Below, in pieces: positions 18,255 through 28,179 of a stretch of 64,000 nucleotides of DNA (position 1 is its first letter; every line of letters begins with the position of its first letter). The stretch is taken from contig CAWELD010000003.1 in NCBI GenBank assembly GCA_963809895.1, positions 3,072,001 to 3,136,000 on the forward strand, read 5' to 3'. This DNA is from an uncultured Gemmatimonadales bacterium (lineage in GTDB: Bacteria; Gemmatimonadota; Gemmatimonadetes; Longimicrobiales; Gaopeijiaceae). The position numbers and the translations under genes are program-made. The notes below the pieces were generated by a model. That model saw only the letters and a list, made by a program, of their open reading frames with translations, made no database searches and was not told where the DNA came from.

Positions 18255-21200
18255 ATGGTCCCGATCCCCAGCGTCAGCCGGTTCATCGCCCGTGCGGGGC
18301 GGCGACACGCCGTCGGGCACGGTCGGTGGACCGCTGTGCTGGTGACCCTCGTCGTGGCGGTCCCTCACGCGGGTGACCTCGCCGCCCAGGATGCGCGCTC
18401 ACCGCTGGAGATGAGGATCGCCCACTCCGGCGGGCCGACGACGTACGCCATCACCCAGGACAAAGCGGGGTTCGTCTGGCTCGGCACACACCGGGGCCTC
18501 GCGTGGACCGACGGGCACGAGTTCAGGGAGACGCCGCTGGGCCCGAACGGGACCGCCGTAACCGCGCTGACCACCGATCGGGACGGCAGGATCTGGGCAG
18601 GCACGGCCGCAGGCTTGTTCCGACTGGACCCGGCCACGGGAGAGGTCGAGGCCTTTCACCACGATCCGGCCGAGCCCGGCAGCCTCAGCAACGACTGGAT
18701 CACCACCATCTTCGCGGACGATCAGGGACGGATCTGGGTGGGCGCGCTGGACTGGGGCCCGTCTGAGGGCGGTGGTCTCAATCTGTTCGACCCCGCCACC
18801 GGGACCTTCCGTCGTTTCCTCCACGATCCCCGCGACCCGGAGAGCCTGAGCCACGATCGTGTTCGATCCATCACCCAGACTCCCGACGGGGACATCTGGA
18901 TCGGCACCTGGTACGGGCTCAATCGACTCGACCCGACCTCGGGGCGCGTCCGGCGCTGGCTGCACGATCCCGGCGACCCGGGGAGCCTCGCCTACGATGA
19001 CGTCAAGACGCTGCTCCCTACACGCGACGGCCGCCTGTGGGTGGGAACGCTGGGCGGCGGCCTCGATCTTCTGGATCCGAGAACCGGCGTCTTCGAGCAC
19101 AGAGTCCATGATTCCGGCGACGTCACTTCGTTGCCGAGCGATTACGTCATGGCGCTGCTGCAGGACCCGCTTCAGCGCCTCTGGATCGGTACCATGGACG
19201 GCGGCCTGGCGATCCTCGACACTGTCGACGGCTCACTGCGACGAGTGGTCTCGGGCGTGGATCTCGATGACCGAGGACGGCTCGGCCGCATCGAGGCGCT
19301 TTACCTCACCGACGACGACGTCCTGTGGGTCGCCGGATATCATCCGATGTTCTACACACCCCTCCTGGCGACCGTCGACGTGCGGACGCCCCGGATCGAT
19401 GTCCTGCCAACGGGCCGATTGGCCGTGGCTGTGGCGGAGGAGTCACCGGGTGTGGCGTGGGCTCTGCTCGCCGGCGGACGACTTCTCCGCTGGGACCGCA
19501 ACCGCGGCGAGGTCCGTGAAGCGCGTTGCATGAGGCCGGGAGCCGAGGAGCTCCCCATGATCGACGCGGGGGCCCTGCGTCGGGCGCCGGACGGCACGCT
19601 CTGGGTCTCCACCTGGGGCGCCGGCCTGTGCCGCATCGAGCCCGGGGCAGCGGTCCGACCGTTCCAGCCCGCCGACGGAGCGTCGATCCCGCCTTTCCTG
19701 TTGGGCCTGGCCATCGACGCATCGGGCGGACTCTGGCTCGCCGATGCCAACGGCGTGAGGCTGGTCGACCCGGCGACCGGAAGGATCAGGGGCACACCCG
19801 CTGGCAGAGCGTCGGAGGGCACCAGGCTGCTCGGAGGCCGCCCTGGGACCACCGAGTCGGACATCTGGATGGAGACGCCAGCCGGTCTCGCCCGAATCGA
19901 CACCTCCGAAGTGGGCCCCCGGCAGTACCGCCTCTCGGACCCGGCGCAGGGCCCGCGGGTCTTCGGCGTCCGCGGCATCGCCAGAGACACGTCCGGCACC
20001 ATGTGGGCCGCCGCCGAAGTGGGGGGGCTCTGCCGCCTCGATCCGATCGTCAGCGACTGCCGGCCGGTCGATCAATCCGTGGGAGGGGGACACGTGTCGG
20101 GGGTGTACGCCGACCGGCGCGGCCGTCTGTGGGTCACGACCCACTACGATCTCGTCGAAGTCGACCCGGCATCCGGCACAGAGCACGTCATCGCACTTCC
20201 GGACCCGGAGCATCGGTACTTCCAACCGGGTGCCGGCGTGGTGGGCTCCACGGGAGAGATCTATCTGGGCGGCAGCGACGACGTCATTGCCTTCGATCCC
20301 GCCCGAATGGAGGGAAACACCCACCCGCCCATCGTCTACGTCACGGGGGTCAACACCGGCGAAGCGAGCGACCACCCCCCCGACGGTCCCTGGGCGTTTC
20401 CATCGACGGCACCGGATGCACGGCTGAGGAGGGCCCACGACGACAATACCGTCGTGTTCCGCTTCACCGCCGTCCAGTACGCCCGGCCGGAGCGCATCCG
20501 GTACCAGTATCGCCTCGTCGGATTGGAGGACGCGTTTCACGAAGCTGGAGGCCTCGGAGAGGCTACCTACACACACCTCCCGCCGGGCGACTACCAGTTC
20601 CAGGTTCGCGCCGTGAGCGCAGCCGGGATTCAGAGTGCCACCGACGCGACCGTGAACCTCCACATCGTCGCGGCCTGGTGGGACACCGCCTGGGCCTACG
20701 CGGCCTACGCGCTTCTCCTCGGGGGATTGCTCCTCTGGTATCTGACGGTCGTGAAGAACCGTGCCCGATTGGCCGCGAGTCTGGAGGTGAAGAGCGCGGA
20801 GGCCGCGCGCCTCCAGGATCTGGACAACGCCAAGTCGCGCTTCTTCGCCAACATTTCTCACGAGTTCCGGACCCCCCTCACGCTCATCCTCGGACAGCTG
20901 CGGTCCGTCCTCGACAGTCCCGAGCGATCGGGGAACGAGGAGCGCCTCCGGATGGCCGAGCGGAGCGCCGAGCGCGTAGGGCACATGGTCGATCAGATCC
21001 TCGATCTGTCGAAGCTCGAGGCGGGGACCATGACCCTCGACGCCGAGGTGCGCGATGTCGTCCCGTTGGTCAGACTGCGTGTGGCATCCTTCCAGTCTCT
21101 GGCCGAATCCCGCGGGGTGGGACTGAGCCTCGCCGTCCAGCGCGCCGAGATCGCCGTCCGGCACGATCCGGAAAAGCTCGAGATGATCCTCGACAACCTG

Positions 21201-22454
21201 CTCTCGAACGCGCTCAAGTTCACGCATGCCGGCGATTCGGTGCGGGTCACGCTCCGCGTCGTGGACCGGGCGTTGGACCCGGAGCCGTTGATGGAGATGG
21301 AGGTGGCGGACACCGGCATCGGAATCCCCCCGGAACACCTGTCCAGGATCTTCGAGCGCTTCTACCGCGTGGAAGGCCCGGAACGGCCGGACGGCACCGG
21401 AGCCGGTATCGGGCTCGCCCTGACCCGGGAACTGGTGAACCTGCACGAAGGGGACATCGACGTGACGAGCGAGGAGGGGATCGGCACGCGCTTCCTCGTC
21501 CGGCTGCCCTTGGCGCGGGTCGGGCCGGTCGGTCCCGTGGCACCTCCGGCGGGGAACGAGCGAGAGGATGCCGCGGTGCCTTTCCAACCGCCTCCGGCCG
21601 GCACGGTCGCAGGTCCCGTAGCGGAACCGGGGCTGGGCGAGGATCAGGATGCGGTGACCGACGACCGCCCGCTGGTCCTCATCATCGAAGACAACGCCGA
21701 TCTGCGCACGTTTCTACGCGATCACCTCGAGCCCGAGTACCGGATCGTGGAGGCTTCGGACGGCGAAGCGGGGCTCGCCCTGGCCCTCGACACCGTCCCC
21801 GACCTCGTTCTCACCGACGTCATGATGCCGAAGCTCGATGGATACGAGGTGTCACGTCGCCTTCGGGAGGACACTCGCACCAGCCACGTTCCCATCGTCA
21901 TGCTCACCGCCAAGGCATCCGAGGCAAGCCGGGTCGAAGGGTTGGAAACAGGTGTCGACGACTATCTCCTGAAGCCGTTCAGCCAGCGCGTGCTGCTGAC
22001 GCGCCTGCGCTCCCTGATCGAGCTGCGCCGCATCCTGCGAGAGAAATACGCCGGCGAGACGTGGATCCGCCCCGAGGAGGTGGAGGCGGGTTCGGTGGAT
22101 CGTGCTTTCCTGGAGAGCCTGACCACCACCATCGAGGAGAACCTCGGAGACCGGGAGTTCGGGGTGGAGCGCCTGGCGGCGGCCATGCACATGAGTAGCT
22201 CCCAACTCACCCGCAAGCTCAGAGCCCTCATCGATCAGTCGCCCGGACGGCTGATCCGGGCCATGCGCCTGCACCGGGCGGCCGAGCTCATCCGCAAGGA
22301 CGGGGGCAACCTCTCGCGCATCGCGCTGCTCACGGGGTTCAGCGACCACGCTCACTTCTCCCGCTCCTTCAAGCAGCAGTTCGACTGCACGCCGTCGGAA
22401 TACCGCGACCGCCAGCCCGGTATCCAGCCCCCGGAGGCCGACCGCCCGGAGTGA
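18255..22454 (+). CDS. Hybrid two-component sensor-regulator (beta-propeller, Y_Y_Y, HisKA, HATPase, REC, AraC HTH)
   Basis: Reg_prop repeats (DxxGxIWIGT), FFANISHEFRTPLTLI, NALKF, DTGIGI, DVMMP, C-terminal AraC HTH; start uncertain. Confidence 0.95.
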   Translation: MVPIPSVSRFIARAGRRHAVGHGRWTAVLVTLVVAVPHAGDLAAQDARSPLEMRIAHSGGPTTYAITQDKAGFVWLGTHRGLAWTDGHEFRETPLGPNGTAVTALTTDRDGRIWAGTAAGLFRLDPATGEVEAFHHDPAEPGSLSNDWITTIFADDQGRIWVGALDWGPSEGGGLNLFDPATGTFRRFLHDPRDPESLSHDRVRSITQTPDGDIWIGTWYGLNRLDPTSGRVRRWLHDPGDPGSLAYDDVKTLLPTRDGRLWVGTLGGGLDLLDPRTGVFEHRVHDSGDVTSLPSDYVMALLQDPLQRLWIGTMDGGLAILDTVDGSLRRVVSGVDLDDRGRLGRIEALYLTDDDVLWVAGYHPMFYTPLLATVDVRTPRIDVLPTGRLAVAVAEESPGVAWALLAGGRLLRWDRNRGEVREARCMRPGAEELPMIDAGALRRAPDGTLWVSTWGAGLCRIEPGAAVRPFQPADGASIPPFLLGLAIDASGGLWLADANGVRLVDPATGRIRGTPAGRASEGTRLLGGRPGTTESDIWMETPAGLARIDTSEVGPRQYRLSDPAQGPRVFGVRGIARDTSGTMWAAAEVGGLCRLDPIVSDCRPVDQSVGGGHVSGVYADRRGRLWVTTHYDLVEVDPASGTEHVIALPDPEHRYFQPGAGVVGSTGEIYLGGSDDVIAFDPARMEGNTHPPIVYVTGVNTGEASDHPPDGPWAFPSTAPDARLRRAHDDNTVVFRFTAVQYARPERIRYQYRLVGLEDAFHEAGGLGEATYTHLPPGDYQFQVRAVSAAGIQSATDATVNLHIVAAWWDTAWAYAAYALLLGGLLLWYLTVVKNRARLAASLEVKSAEAARLQDLDNAKSRFFANISHEFRTPLTLILGQLRSVLDSPERSGNEERLRMAERSAERVGHMVDQILDLSKLEAGTMTLDAEVRDVVPLVRLRVASFQSLAESRGVGLSLAVQRAEIAVRHDPEKLEMILDNLLSNALKFTHAGDSVRVTLRVVDRALDPEPLMEMEVADTGIGIPPEHLSRIFERFYRVEGPERPDGTGAGIGLALTRELVNLHEGDIDVTSEEGIGTRFLVRLPLARVGPVGPVAPPAGNEREDAAVPFQPPPAGTVAGPVAEPGLGEDQDAVTDDRPLVLIIEDNADLRTFLRDHLEPEYRIVEASDGEAGLALALDTVPDLVLTDVMMPKLDGYEVSRRLREDTRTSHVPIVMLTAKASEASRVEGLETGVDDYLLKPFSQRVLLTRLRSLIELRRILREKYAGETWIRPEEVEAGSVDRAFLESLTTTIEENLGDREFGVERLAAAMHMSSSQLTRKLRALIDQSPGRLIRAMRLHRAAELIRKDGGNLSRIALLTGFSDHAHFSRSFKQQFDCTPSEYRDRQPGIQPPEADRPE

Positions 22455-22508
22455 GCGTCGCCGCCGAGCGCCGGTCCGTGGCCACCGGCGCTCGACGGTC
22501 CCCATCGC

Positions 22509-22946
22509 TCAGTCGCGCATGTGACAGGTGACGCTCGCCTGGCCGTTGGCGCCCGGGGTGACCACTACGTGGCAAGGCTCCATGTCGCCCGCGAAGAAAT
22601 CGAAGCTGAACACCACATCGCGCAGGTTCATGGTGCCGGAGATGCCTTCTCCGAAGAGCAGATTCCCGACGCAGCGGTAGTTCGTGTTGCCCGAGGGCGT
22701 GGTGACGGCGGTCGAGGCTCCCGAGTACCCGTTGGCGCCACCGTCCATCACGACGAAGAAGCAGAAGCCCTCGCTGAACTCAGCCCGCACCACCTCGGGG
22801 GGCGCGCCGAGGACGTCGGCATTGCGGTTGGCGCTCACGAGCGTCGGGCCCGGTGGCGCCGCCATGGGCTCGGGAGCCGTGGCGGACTCGCAAGCGCCGA
22901 AGGTCAGGGCTGCGAGCAGAGCGAAAGAAGAGACGATGGGGCGCAT
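22509..22946 (-). CDS. Small lipoprotein
   Basis: AGGAG RBS; lipobox LTFGA/C; four further Cys. Confidence 0.75.
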   Translation of the reverse strand: MRPIVSSFALLAALTFGACESATAPEPMAAPPGPTLVSANRNADVLGAPPEVVRAEFSEGFCFFVVMDGGANGYSGASTAVTTPSGNTNYRCVGNLLFGEGISGTMNLRDVVFSFDFFAGDMEPCHVVVTPGANGQASVTCHMRD

Positions 22947-23025
22947 GGGACACTCCTGGTGCAGGGGGCCGCGTGGAGCCGGTCTCCACGCCGTCACCAG
23001 GAACATGGCCCGGAACCCCCGGGCT

Positions 23026-23066
23026 CCGATTGAAGATATCGCCCGGATGCTGGACGATTTCGCGCA
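23026..23066 (-). promoter_or_regulatory. Conserved 41-bp motif, copy 1 (candidate AraC/HTCS-type site)
   Basis: TGCGCGAAATC...GCGATATCTTCAATCGG; 34/41 identical to 44328-44368. Confidence 0.6.
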
Positions 23067-23071
23067 CGCGG

Positions 23072-25678
23072 CTAGTCCGCCCGCAACGCGCTCTGGGGAT
23101 CCAGCCGGGCAGCGGCTCGGGCCGGTAGCCAGCTGGCCAACAGCGCCACGGAGGCCAGCAGGATCGGCACCGCCACCAGCGTGAGCGGATCGGTGGGTGC
23201 CACGCCGAACAGCAGCCCGGAGACGAGTCGCCCCAGAAGGAGCGCGCCGAGCAACCCCAAGGCCACACCGGCGAGGGCGAGGCGCATCCCCTGGCCCACG
23301 ACCAGGCGCACGACCTCGCTCCGGCTGGCGCCCAGTGCGATACGCACGCCGAGCTCCGCGCGACGTTGCGTCACCGTGTGGGCCACCACCCCATAGAGCC
23401 CGATCACCGACAGCAGGAGCGCCAGGCCCGCGAATCCCCCGAACAGAAGAAGGTTCATGCGGGGACGGACCGCATACTCCGCCGCCACGGCCTCCAGCGT
23501 GCGGACCTCGGTGACGGCTTGCGCCGGGTCGATCTCGTGGACGACGGCCGTGGCCGCGTCCACCAGCGATGTCGGAGCTCCCGCGGTCTTGAGTGTCACC
23601 ACCAGGGCCGGGCGCGGGAACTGTGCGAAGGGGAGGTAGATCGCCGCCGAAGCCCGGGTCCACGGACCCTTTTCCCGCACGTCTCCCACGACCCCGATGA
23701 CCTCGCCCGCGCGGGCACCGTTACCGAGGCTGAACTCGATACGCTTGCCGACGGGGTCCTGGCCCGGATAGAGCTGGCTGGCCAACGTCTGGTTGATCAC
23801 GAAGACGGTGGGCGTGTCCTGGGATTCCGTGCCGTCGAAGACCCGACCTCGCACGACGGGGATGCCCAGCGAGCGGAAGTAGTGACCGGCCACGCTGCGC
23901 ACATCGGCATCGGGCCTGGCGCGCCCCACCGACCGCGGCCCGTCGGCGACCTGGACGGGAGATCGCATCTCGAGTGACGTCAGCGGAAGGCGTCCGGCGA
24001 CGCCCACGGCGTCCACGTCGGGGAGCGCCTCCAGCCGTCCCGGAAGCTCGGAGGCCAGCCGGAAGAGCCCGTCGATCCGGGCGGTGGTGAGCCGGAGCGT
24101 GAGAACGTCTCCGGGCCGGACGCCCATGTCCACCGACACCAGCCGGTCCAGACTCCGCACCAGCAACCCCGCCCCGGTGAGGAGGACGAGGGCGAGCGCG
24201 ATCTCGGCAACCACCAGCGTACGGCGGAGGCCCGACCGCGACGGTCCACTCCCGGCCCGAGTCGGGGCCGCCTGCTGCGGCCCGCCCCACGGACCGGCGA
24301 GGCCGGGGAGCGTTCCGAACGCGAGGCCCGTCAGCAGGCACACCCCCGCCGTCACGCCCACCACCCGCAGGTCCACGCTCACCTCGTCGAGGCGCGGCAG
24401 CGCCGCGGTGGAAGCGAGCATGCGAACCAGGACACGAGTGCCCGCGACCGCCAGGCCCAGCCCGAGGGCGCCGGCAGCGCCGACCAACACCAGACCCTCG
24501 GTGACCAGCTGTCGGACCACCCGGCCCCGCGCGGCACCCAACGACCGGCGAATGGCGATCTCGTGGCTGCGCGCCGCTCCCCGGCCCAGAAGCAGGTTCG
24601 CCACGTTGGCGCAGGCGATCAGGAGCAGCAGACCCACGGCCCCGAGCAGTGCCAGGAGCGCGGGACGCGCTTCCCGGGTCACGGTGTCCCGCAGTGAAGA
24701 GAGGCCGACCACGTCGGGGCGCCCGTCGGACCCTGGATCGGCGGGAAGGCCCTGCGAGATCGCCCCCAACTCCGCCCGTGCCTCCTCCACGCCGGCGCCG
24801 GGACGCAAGCGGGCGATGACCTGAAGCGACGCCGCCGCCGGCAAGCGGCTCACATCCGCCGGCATCCACACGTCGGCGCCACCGTCCATGTCGTGGAACT
24901 CCGGACCCATCACCCCGACGATGGTCGGCGCCGCTCCTGTCTCGAAGGTGAGCGCGGTTCCGATCACGCCGGGATCCCCCCCGTAGTGCCGCATCCAGAA
25001 GCGATGGCCGAGCACGACAGCGGCCTCGCCCTGGACGAAGCTCCGACCGAGCTGGGGACGCATGCCCAGGACATCGAAGTAGTTCGGCGTGGTGAGGCGC
25101 AGCACGACCTCGTCAGGAGGACCGTCTCCCGCGACGTTCTCGCGAGACTCCGACCCACCCCCGACGACCGCCGCCATGTCCTCCACCGTCCGGCTGCCGT
25201 CGCGGAGCGCCAGGAAGGTCGAGGCGCCGAGAAGCCTGCGCCCGTCGGGTGTGGGGCTCCCCTGCCAGATCGAGACGAGTCGATGGGGATCGCGAAACGG
25301 CAAGGGCCGGAGCAGCACCGACTCCACCAGGGTGAACATGGTGCTGCTCGCCCCGATACCCAGCGCCAGTGTGAGCACCACCAGGGCGGTGAACCCCGGT
25401 GTGCGCGCGAAGCTCCGAACCGCGAAGCGCGCATCCTGGAGCGCGGCCCCCGACCATTCCCGGAGCCGCATTCTGGTCTCGTGCCTCCTGGCTGCGCGCT
25501 CCAGGGCCCGCCGTTTTCGGGATCCCCCGAAACGCCGGAGCGCCTCCGTGCGCGCTTCCTCCAGCGAGAGCCCCTCCGCTCTCAAAGACTCGACCCGGAG
25601 CTCCAGATGGAGACGGATCTCCTCGTCCAGATCCTCCCAACGATCTCGCGGCAGGGAACCACGCCCGGGCTTCGCCAT
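23072..25678 (-). CDS. Duplicated ABC permease (ADOP family, with permease-prefix domain)
   Basis: DLDEEIRLHLE...ALRRFGG N-terminus, LLIACANVANLLL and ELGVRIALGA. Confidence 0.93.
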   Translation of the reverse strand: MAKPGRGSLPRDRWEDLDEEIRLHLELRVESLRAEGLSLEEARTEALRRFGGSRKRRALERAARRHETRMRLREWSGAALQDARFAVRSFARTPGFTALVVLTLALGIGASSTMFTLVESVLLRPLPFRDPHRLVSIWQGSPTPDGRRLLGASTFLALRDGSRTVEDMAAVVGGGSESRENVAGDGPPDEVVLRLTTPNYFDVLGMRPQLGRSFVQGEAAVVLGHRFWMRHYGGDPGVIGTALTFETGAAPTIVGVMGPEFHDMDGGADVWMPADVSRLPAAASLQVIARLRPGAGVEEARAELGAISQGLPADPGSDGRPDVVGLSSLRDTVTREARPALLALLGAVGLLLLIACANVANLLLGRGAARSHEIAIRRSLGAARGRVVRQLVTEGLVLVGAAGALGLGLAVAGTRVLVRMLASTAALPRLDEVSVDLRVVGVTAGVCLLTGLAFGTLPGLAGPWGGPQQAAPTRAGSGPSRSGLRRTLVVAEIALALVLLTGAGLLVRSLDRLVSVDMGVRPGDVLTLRLTTARIDGLFRLASELPGRLEALPDVDAVGVAGRLPLTSLEMRSPVQVADGPRSVGRARPDADVRSVAGHYFRSLGIPVVRGRVFDGTESQDTPTVFVINQTLASQLYPGQDPVGKRIEFSLGNGARAGEVIGVVGDVREKGPWTRASAAIYLPFAQFPRPALVVTLKTAGAPTSLVDAATAVVHEIDPAQAVTEVRTLEAVAAEYAVRPRMNLLLFGGFAGLALLLSVIGLYGVVAHTVTQRRAELGVRIALGASRSEVVRLVVGQGMRLALAGVALGLLGALLLGRLVSGLLFGVAPTDPLTLVAVPILLASVALLASWLPARAAARLDPQSALRAD

Positions 25679-25688
25679 GGCCCCCTCC

Positions 25689-26027
25689 TCAGGCGCCGCT
25701 CGGACGCGACGTGAGGATGGCGGCCATCACGTCCTGCAACCGCAGAAGCTGGTCCGTCTCTGCCCGCAGATGGTCTTCACCTCGACGGGTGATCTCGTAG
25801 TACCGCGCCCGTCGGTTGTTCTCCGTCACGCCCCAGTCGGCCCCGACCATGCCCTTCTTCTCGAGCCGGTAGACGGCCTGATACACGCCCGAGTCGTCGA
25901 ACTCCAGCGAGCCGCCAGAGCGCTCCTCGATCCACTGGGTGATCTCGAAGCCGTGCTTCGCTCCGTCGCTCACGGCTTTGAGAACCAACAGATCCAGCGT
26001 GCCTTTCAGCACAGGAAGCTCGCCCAT
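25689..26027 (-). CDS. PadR family regulator (acidobacterial type)
   Basis: LKGTLDLLVL, HGFEI and WGVTENNRRARYY. Confidence 0.95.
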   Translation of the reverse strand: MGELPVLKGTLDLLVLKAVSDGAKHGFEITQWIEERSGGSLEFDDSGVYQAVYRLEKKGMVGADWGVTENNRRARYYEITRRGEDHLRAETDQLLRLQDVMAAILTSRPSGA

Positions 26028-26111
26028 GGTTGTGCCCTTAGAGTCTCATTTGAGAGTCTCCAAGAAACGAGAAGACCCGCCCCCCGTCAAGGCGTGGGCC
26101 TGCCCGCCGGC

Positions 26112-26762
26112 TCAGGGCAGTTTGATCGTCACATCCAGATACGTGCCTTGCTGGGTGACCGTGAGCGCACAGCTGCCAGGCACCCCCGAGCCGCCCGCTC
26201 CGTCGTTGAAGTAGCGGAAGCACATGCCCACGATGTCGCCGACCTCTGCGGCGAGGTCATCCGGGTCGCCGGTGTTCAGAGGATGCGAGAACTCGTAGAA
26301 GGCGGTGGCGCCGTCCTGGCCCACGGCGCCCTCTCCGTCCTGCGATACGTCGTCCAGCGTGTAGCTACCGCCCGAGTACTGCCCGTCGGTGATCGCGCCG
26401 GACCCCGACAAACCGAAGGCGTCGTCGCCGACCGTGAGCAGGTTGTCGTTGTCGTTGTCGAAGCGGACCTCGAACTGATCCGTCGGCGCGGCCTGGTCCG
26501 TGACCTCCAGAGCGACATAGAGGTTCGTCCCATCGGTGGTGATCAGGATCGTCGAAGGGCCGATGCCCGGCGCGATCTCCGTGGTGGGCTGAAACTCCGT
26601 GGCACCGTCCCACTCGCCGGGACTCCGGATGCCGTCGATGGTCGGTGGCTGAGGCAGTGGAGCGGTGCCGTCGTCGCCGCAGCCGACCGCCAGGGCGGCA
26701 ATCAGAAGCAGGCCGGGTCCGCGTGCGATCGCCCGGTTGAAGGAGGCTCGCGTCAGTTCCAT
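26112..26762 (-). CDS. Lipoprotein with CBM9/DOMON-like domain
   Basis: Lipobox LAVG/C; PTIDG..PGEW, DGTNLYVALEVTD and YEFSHPL. Confidence 0.65.
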   Translation of the reverse strand: MELTRASFNRAIARGPGLLLIAALAVGCGDDGTAPLPQPPTIDGIRSPGEWDGATEFQPTTEIAPGIGPSTILITTDGTNLYVALEVTDQAAPTDQFEVRFDNDNDNLLTVGDDAFGLSGSGAITDGQYSGGSYTLDDVSQDGEGAVGQDGATAFYEFSHPLNTGDPDDLAAEVGDIVGMCFRYFNDGAGGSGVPGSCALTVTQQGTYLDVTIKLP

Positions 26763-26954
26763 CGGAAGGGACCCGGTTGGGGGTGGGCGCGTTGTACGGA
26801 GGGTCGTAGTGTAGCGCCGTCCATGCCCCCGTGGCGAGCGACCGGGGGGCGATGAGGCCGAGGACTATGCCTCCGACGAGACCGCCGGGTGACGAACCCG
26901 ACGCCGGTCGCATGCCCGCGACGACGCACTTCCAGGGATTTTACCCAGGGAATA

Positions 26955-26983
26955 TTGACACCGTAATTTTACCCGGGTATAAT
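26955..26983 (+). promoter_or_regulatory. Consensus sigma70 promoter with overlapping TACCCGGGTA operator
   Basis: TTGACA (26955-60), N17, TATAAT (26978-83); palindrome TTTTACCCGGGTATAA. Confidence 0.85.
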
Positions 26984-27027
26984 CTCTCCTCGGCAGTCAT
27001 CCAGAGGCTTGTGGTACGTGGGAGATC

Positions 27028-27678
27028 ATGATGAAACACACACAGGTCGCGCGCGGGAGCCATACCGCCTTCGCGGGCCACGAGAGGATCGCCACGGGCC
27101 CGCTGGCGGAGGTGGCGCGGCGGACGAAGGAACGGCTGGAGGACGGCGAAGAGCGTCTCGTCCTCATCTTCGACGACGAGACGGGGCGGCCGGTGGACGT
27201 GGACTTCCGGGGCACGCCCGCCGAGGTCGCAGCGCGGGTCGAGAGGGCCGGGGGGATGGCGCCCGTGACGACGAAGGAAGGCGGGAAGCGAAGGACGGGG
27301 CCCGGCCGCCCACGCCTGGGCGTGGTCTCGCGCGAGGTGTCGTTGCTGCCGCGGCACTGGGAGTGGCTGGGACGTCAGCCGGGCAGCACCTCGGCGACGC
27401 TGCGCAAGCTGGTCGAGGCGGCACGGCGAGAGAGCGCGCGCGACGACCGTGCGCGCCAGGTACGAGACGCGGCGTACCGGTTCATGCACGCCCTGGGCGG
27501 CGACCTGCTGGGCTTCGAAGAAGCGTCCCGAGCGCTCTTCCGGGGTGACGTGGCGGGGGTGGAGGCGGAGGTGGCGGGTTGGCCGGCGGACGTGCGCGAT
27601 CATCTGCTCCGCATGCTTCGGCCGCTGGCGCACGATCTCCCCGCGGAAGCGGGTCCCGACGCCATCCCCCCGACGTAG
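27028..27678 (+). CDS. DUF2239 family protein
   Basis: LIFDDETGRPVDVDFRG and GPGRPRLGVVSREVSLLPRHWEWL. Confidence 0.9.
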   Translation: MMKHTQVARGSHTAFAGHERIATGPLAEVARRTKERLEDGEERLVLIFDDETGRPVDVDFRGTPAEVAARVERAGGMAPVTTKEGGKRRTGPGRPRLGVVSREVSLLPRHWEWLGRQPGSTSATLRKLVEAARRESARDDRARQVRDAAYRFMHALGGDLLGFEEASRALFRGDVAGVEAEVAGWPADVRDHLLRMLRPLAHDLPAEAGPDAIPPT

Positions 27679-27723
27679 CGACCCGGTTCAGTGCATTCGA
27701 GGCGACAGCCCCAGAGGATTCCC

Positions 27724-28179
27724 ATGCAAGAAGACAACAAGACACTCCTGAGGGCGTTCATCGATGAGGTGTGGAACGCCGGCAGGGCCGAAGCGGCTGC
27801 GCACTACGTCGCGCCTCGGTACACGATCCATCACGACCCCGGCGACCCCTGGGACGGCCAGGAGCTGGACCTGGTGGGATACCAGGAGCGCGTCCGCATC
27901 TCGCGCGCTCCCTTTCCCGATCAGCGCTTCGAGATCCAGGAGCTGGTGGCGGAAGGAGACCGGGTGGTGATGACCTGGCACTGGACCGCCACCCACCGCG
28001 GCGATCTCCCCGGGTTTCCGGCTACGGGCGACGCCATCCGCATGTCGGGTGCGACCGTGTATCACATCGAAGACGGACGCTTCACGGGCCACTGGCAGAT
28101 CACCGACCGCCTGGGGGTGTACGCGCAGCTCCAGCGGGGGGCCGGGCGGAAGAGCCCGAACGCGGAGGTGTCCGGGTAG
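27724..28179 (+). CDS. SnoaL-like ester cyclase
   Basis: NKTLLRAFIDEVWN, FPDQRF, AEGDRVV and THRGDLPGFPATG. Confidence 0.9.
   Translation: MQEDNKTLLRAFIDEVWNAGRAEAAAHYVAPRYTIHHDPGDPWDGQELDLVGYQERVRISRAPFPDQRFEIQELVAEGDRVVMTWHWTATHRGDLPGFPATGDAIRMSGATVYHIEDGRFTGHWQITDRLGVYAQLQRGAGRKSPNAEVSG

Noticed and set aside
28100..28179. Functional antisense overlap of convergent genes
   Set aside because: The low-complexity tail of the minus-strand ORF more likely reflects a lost stop or an indel
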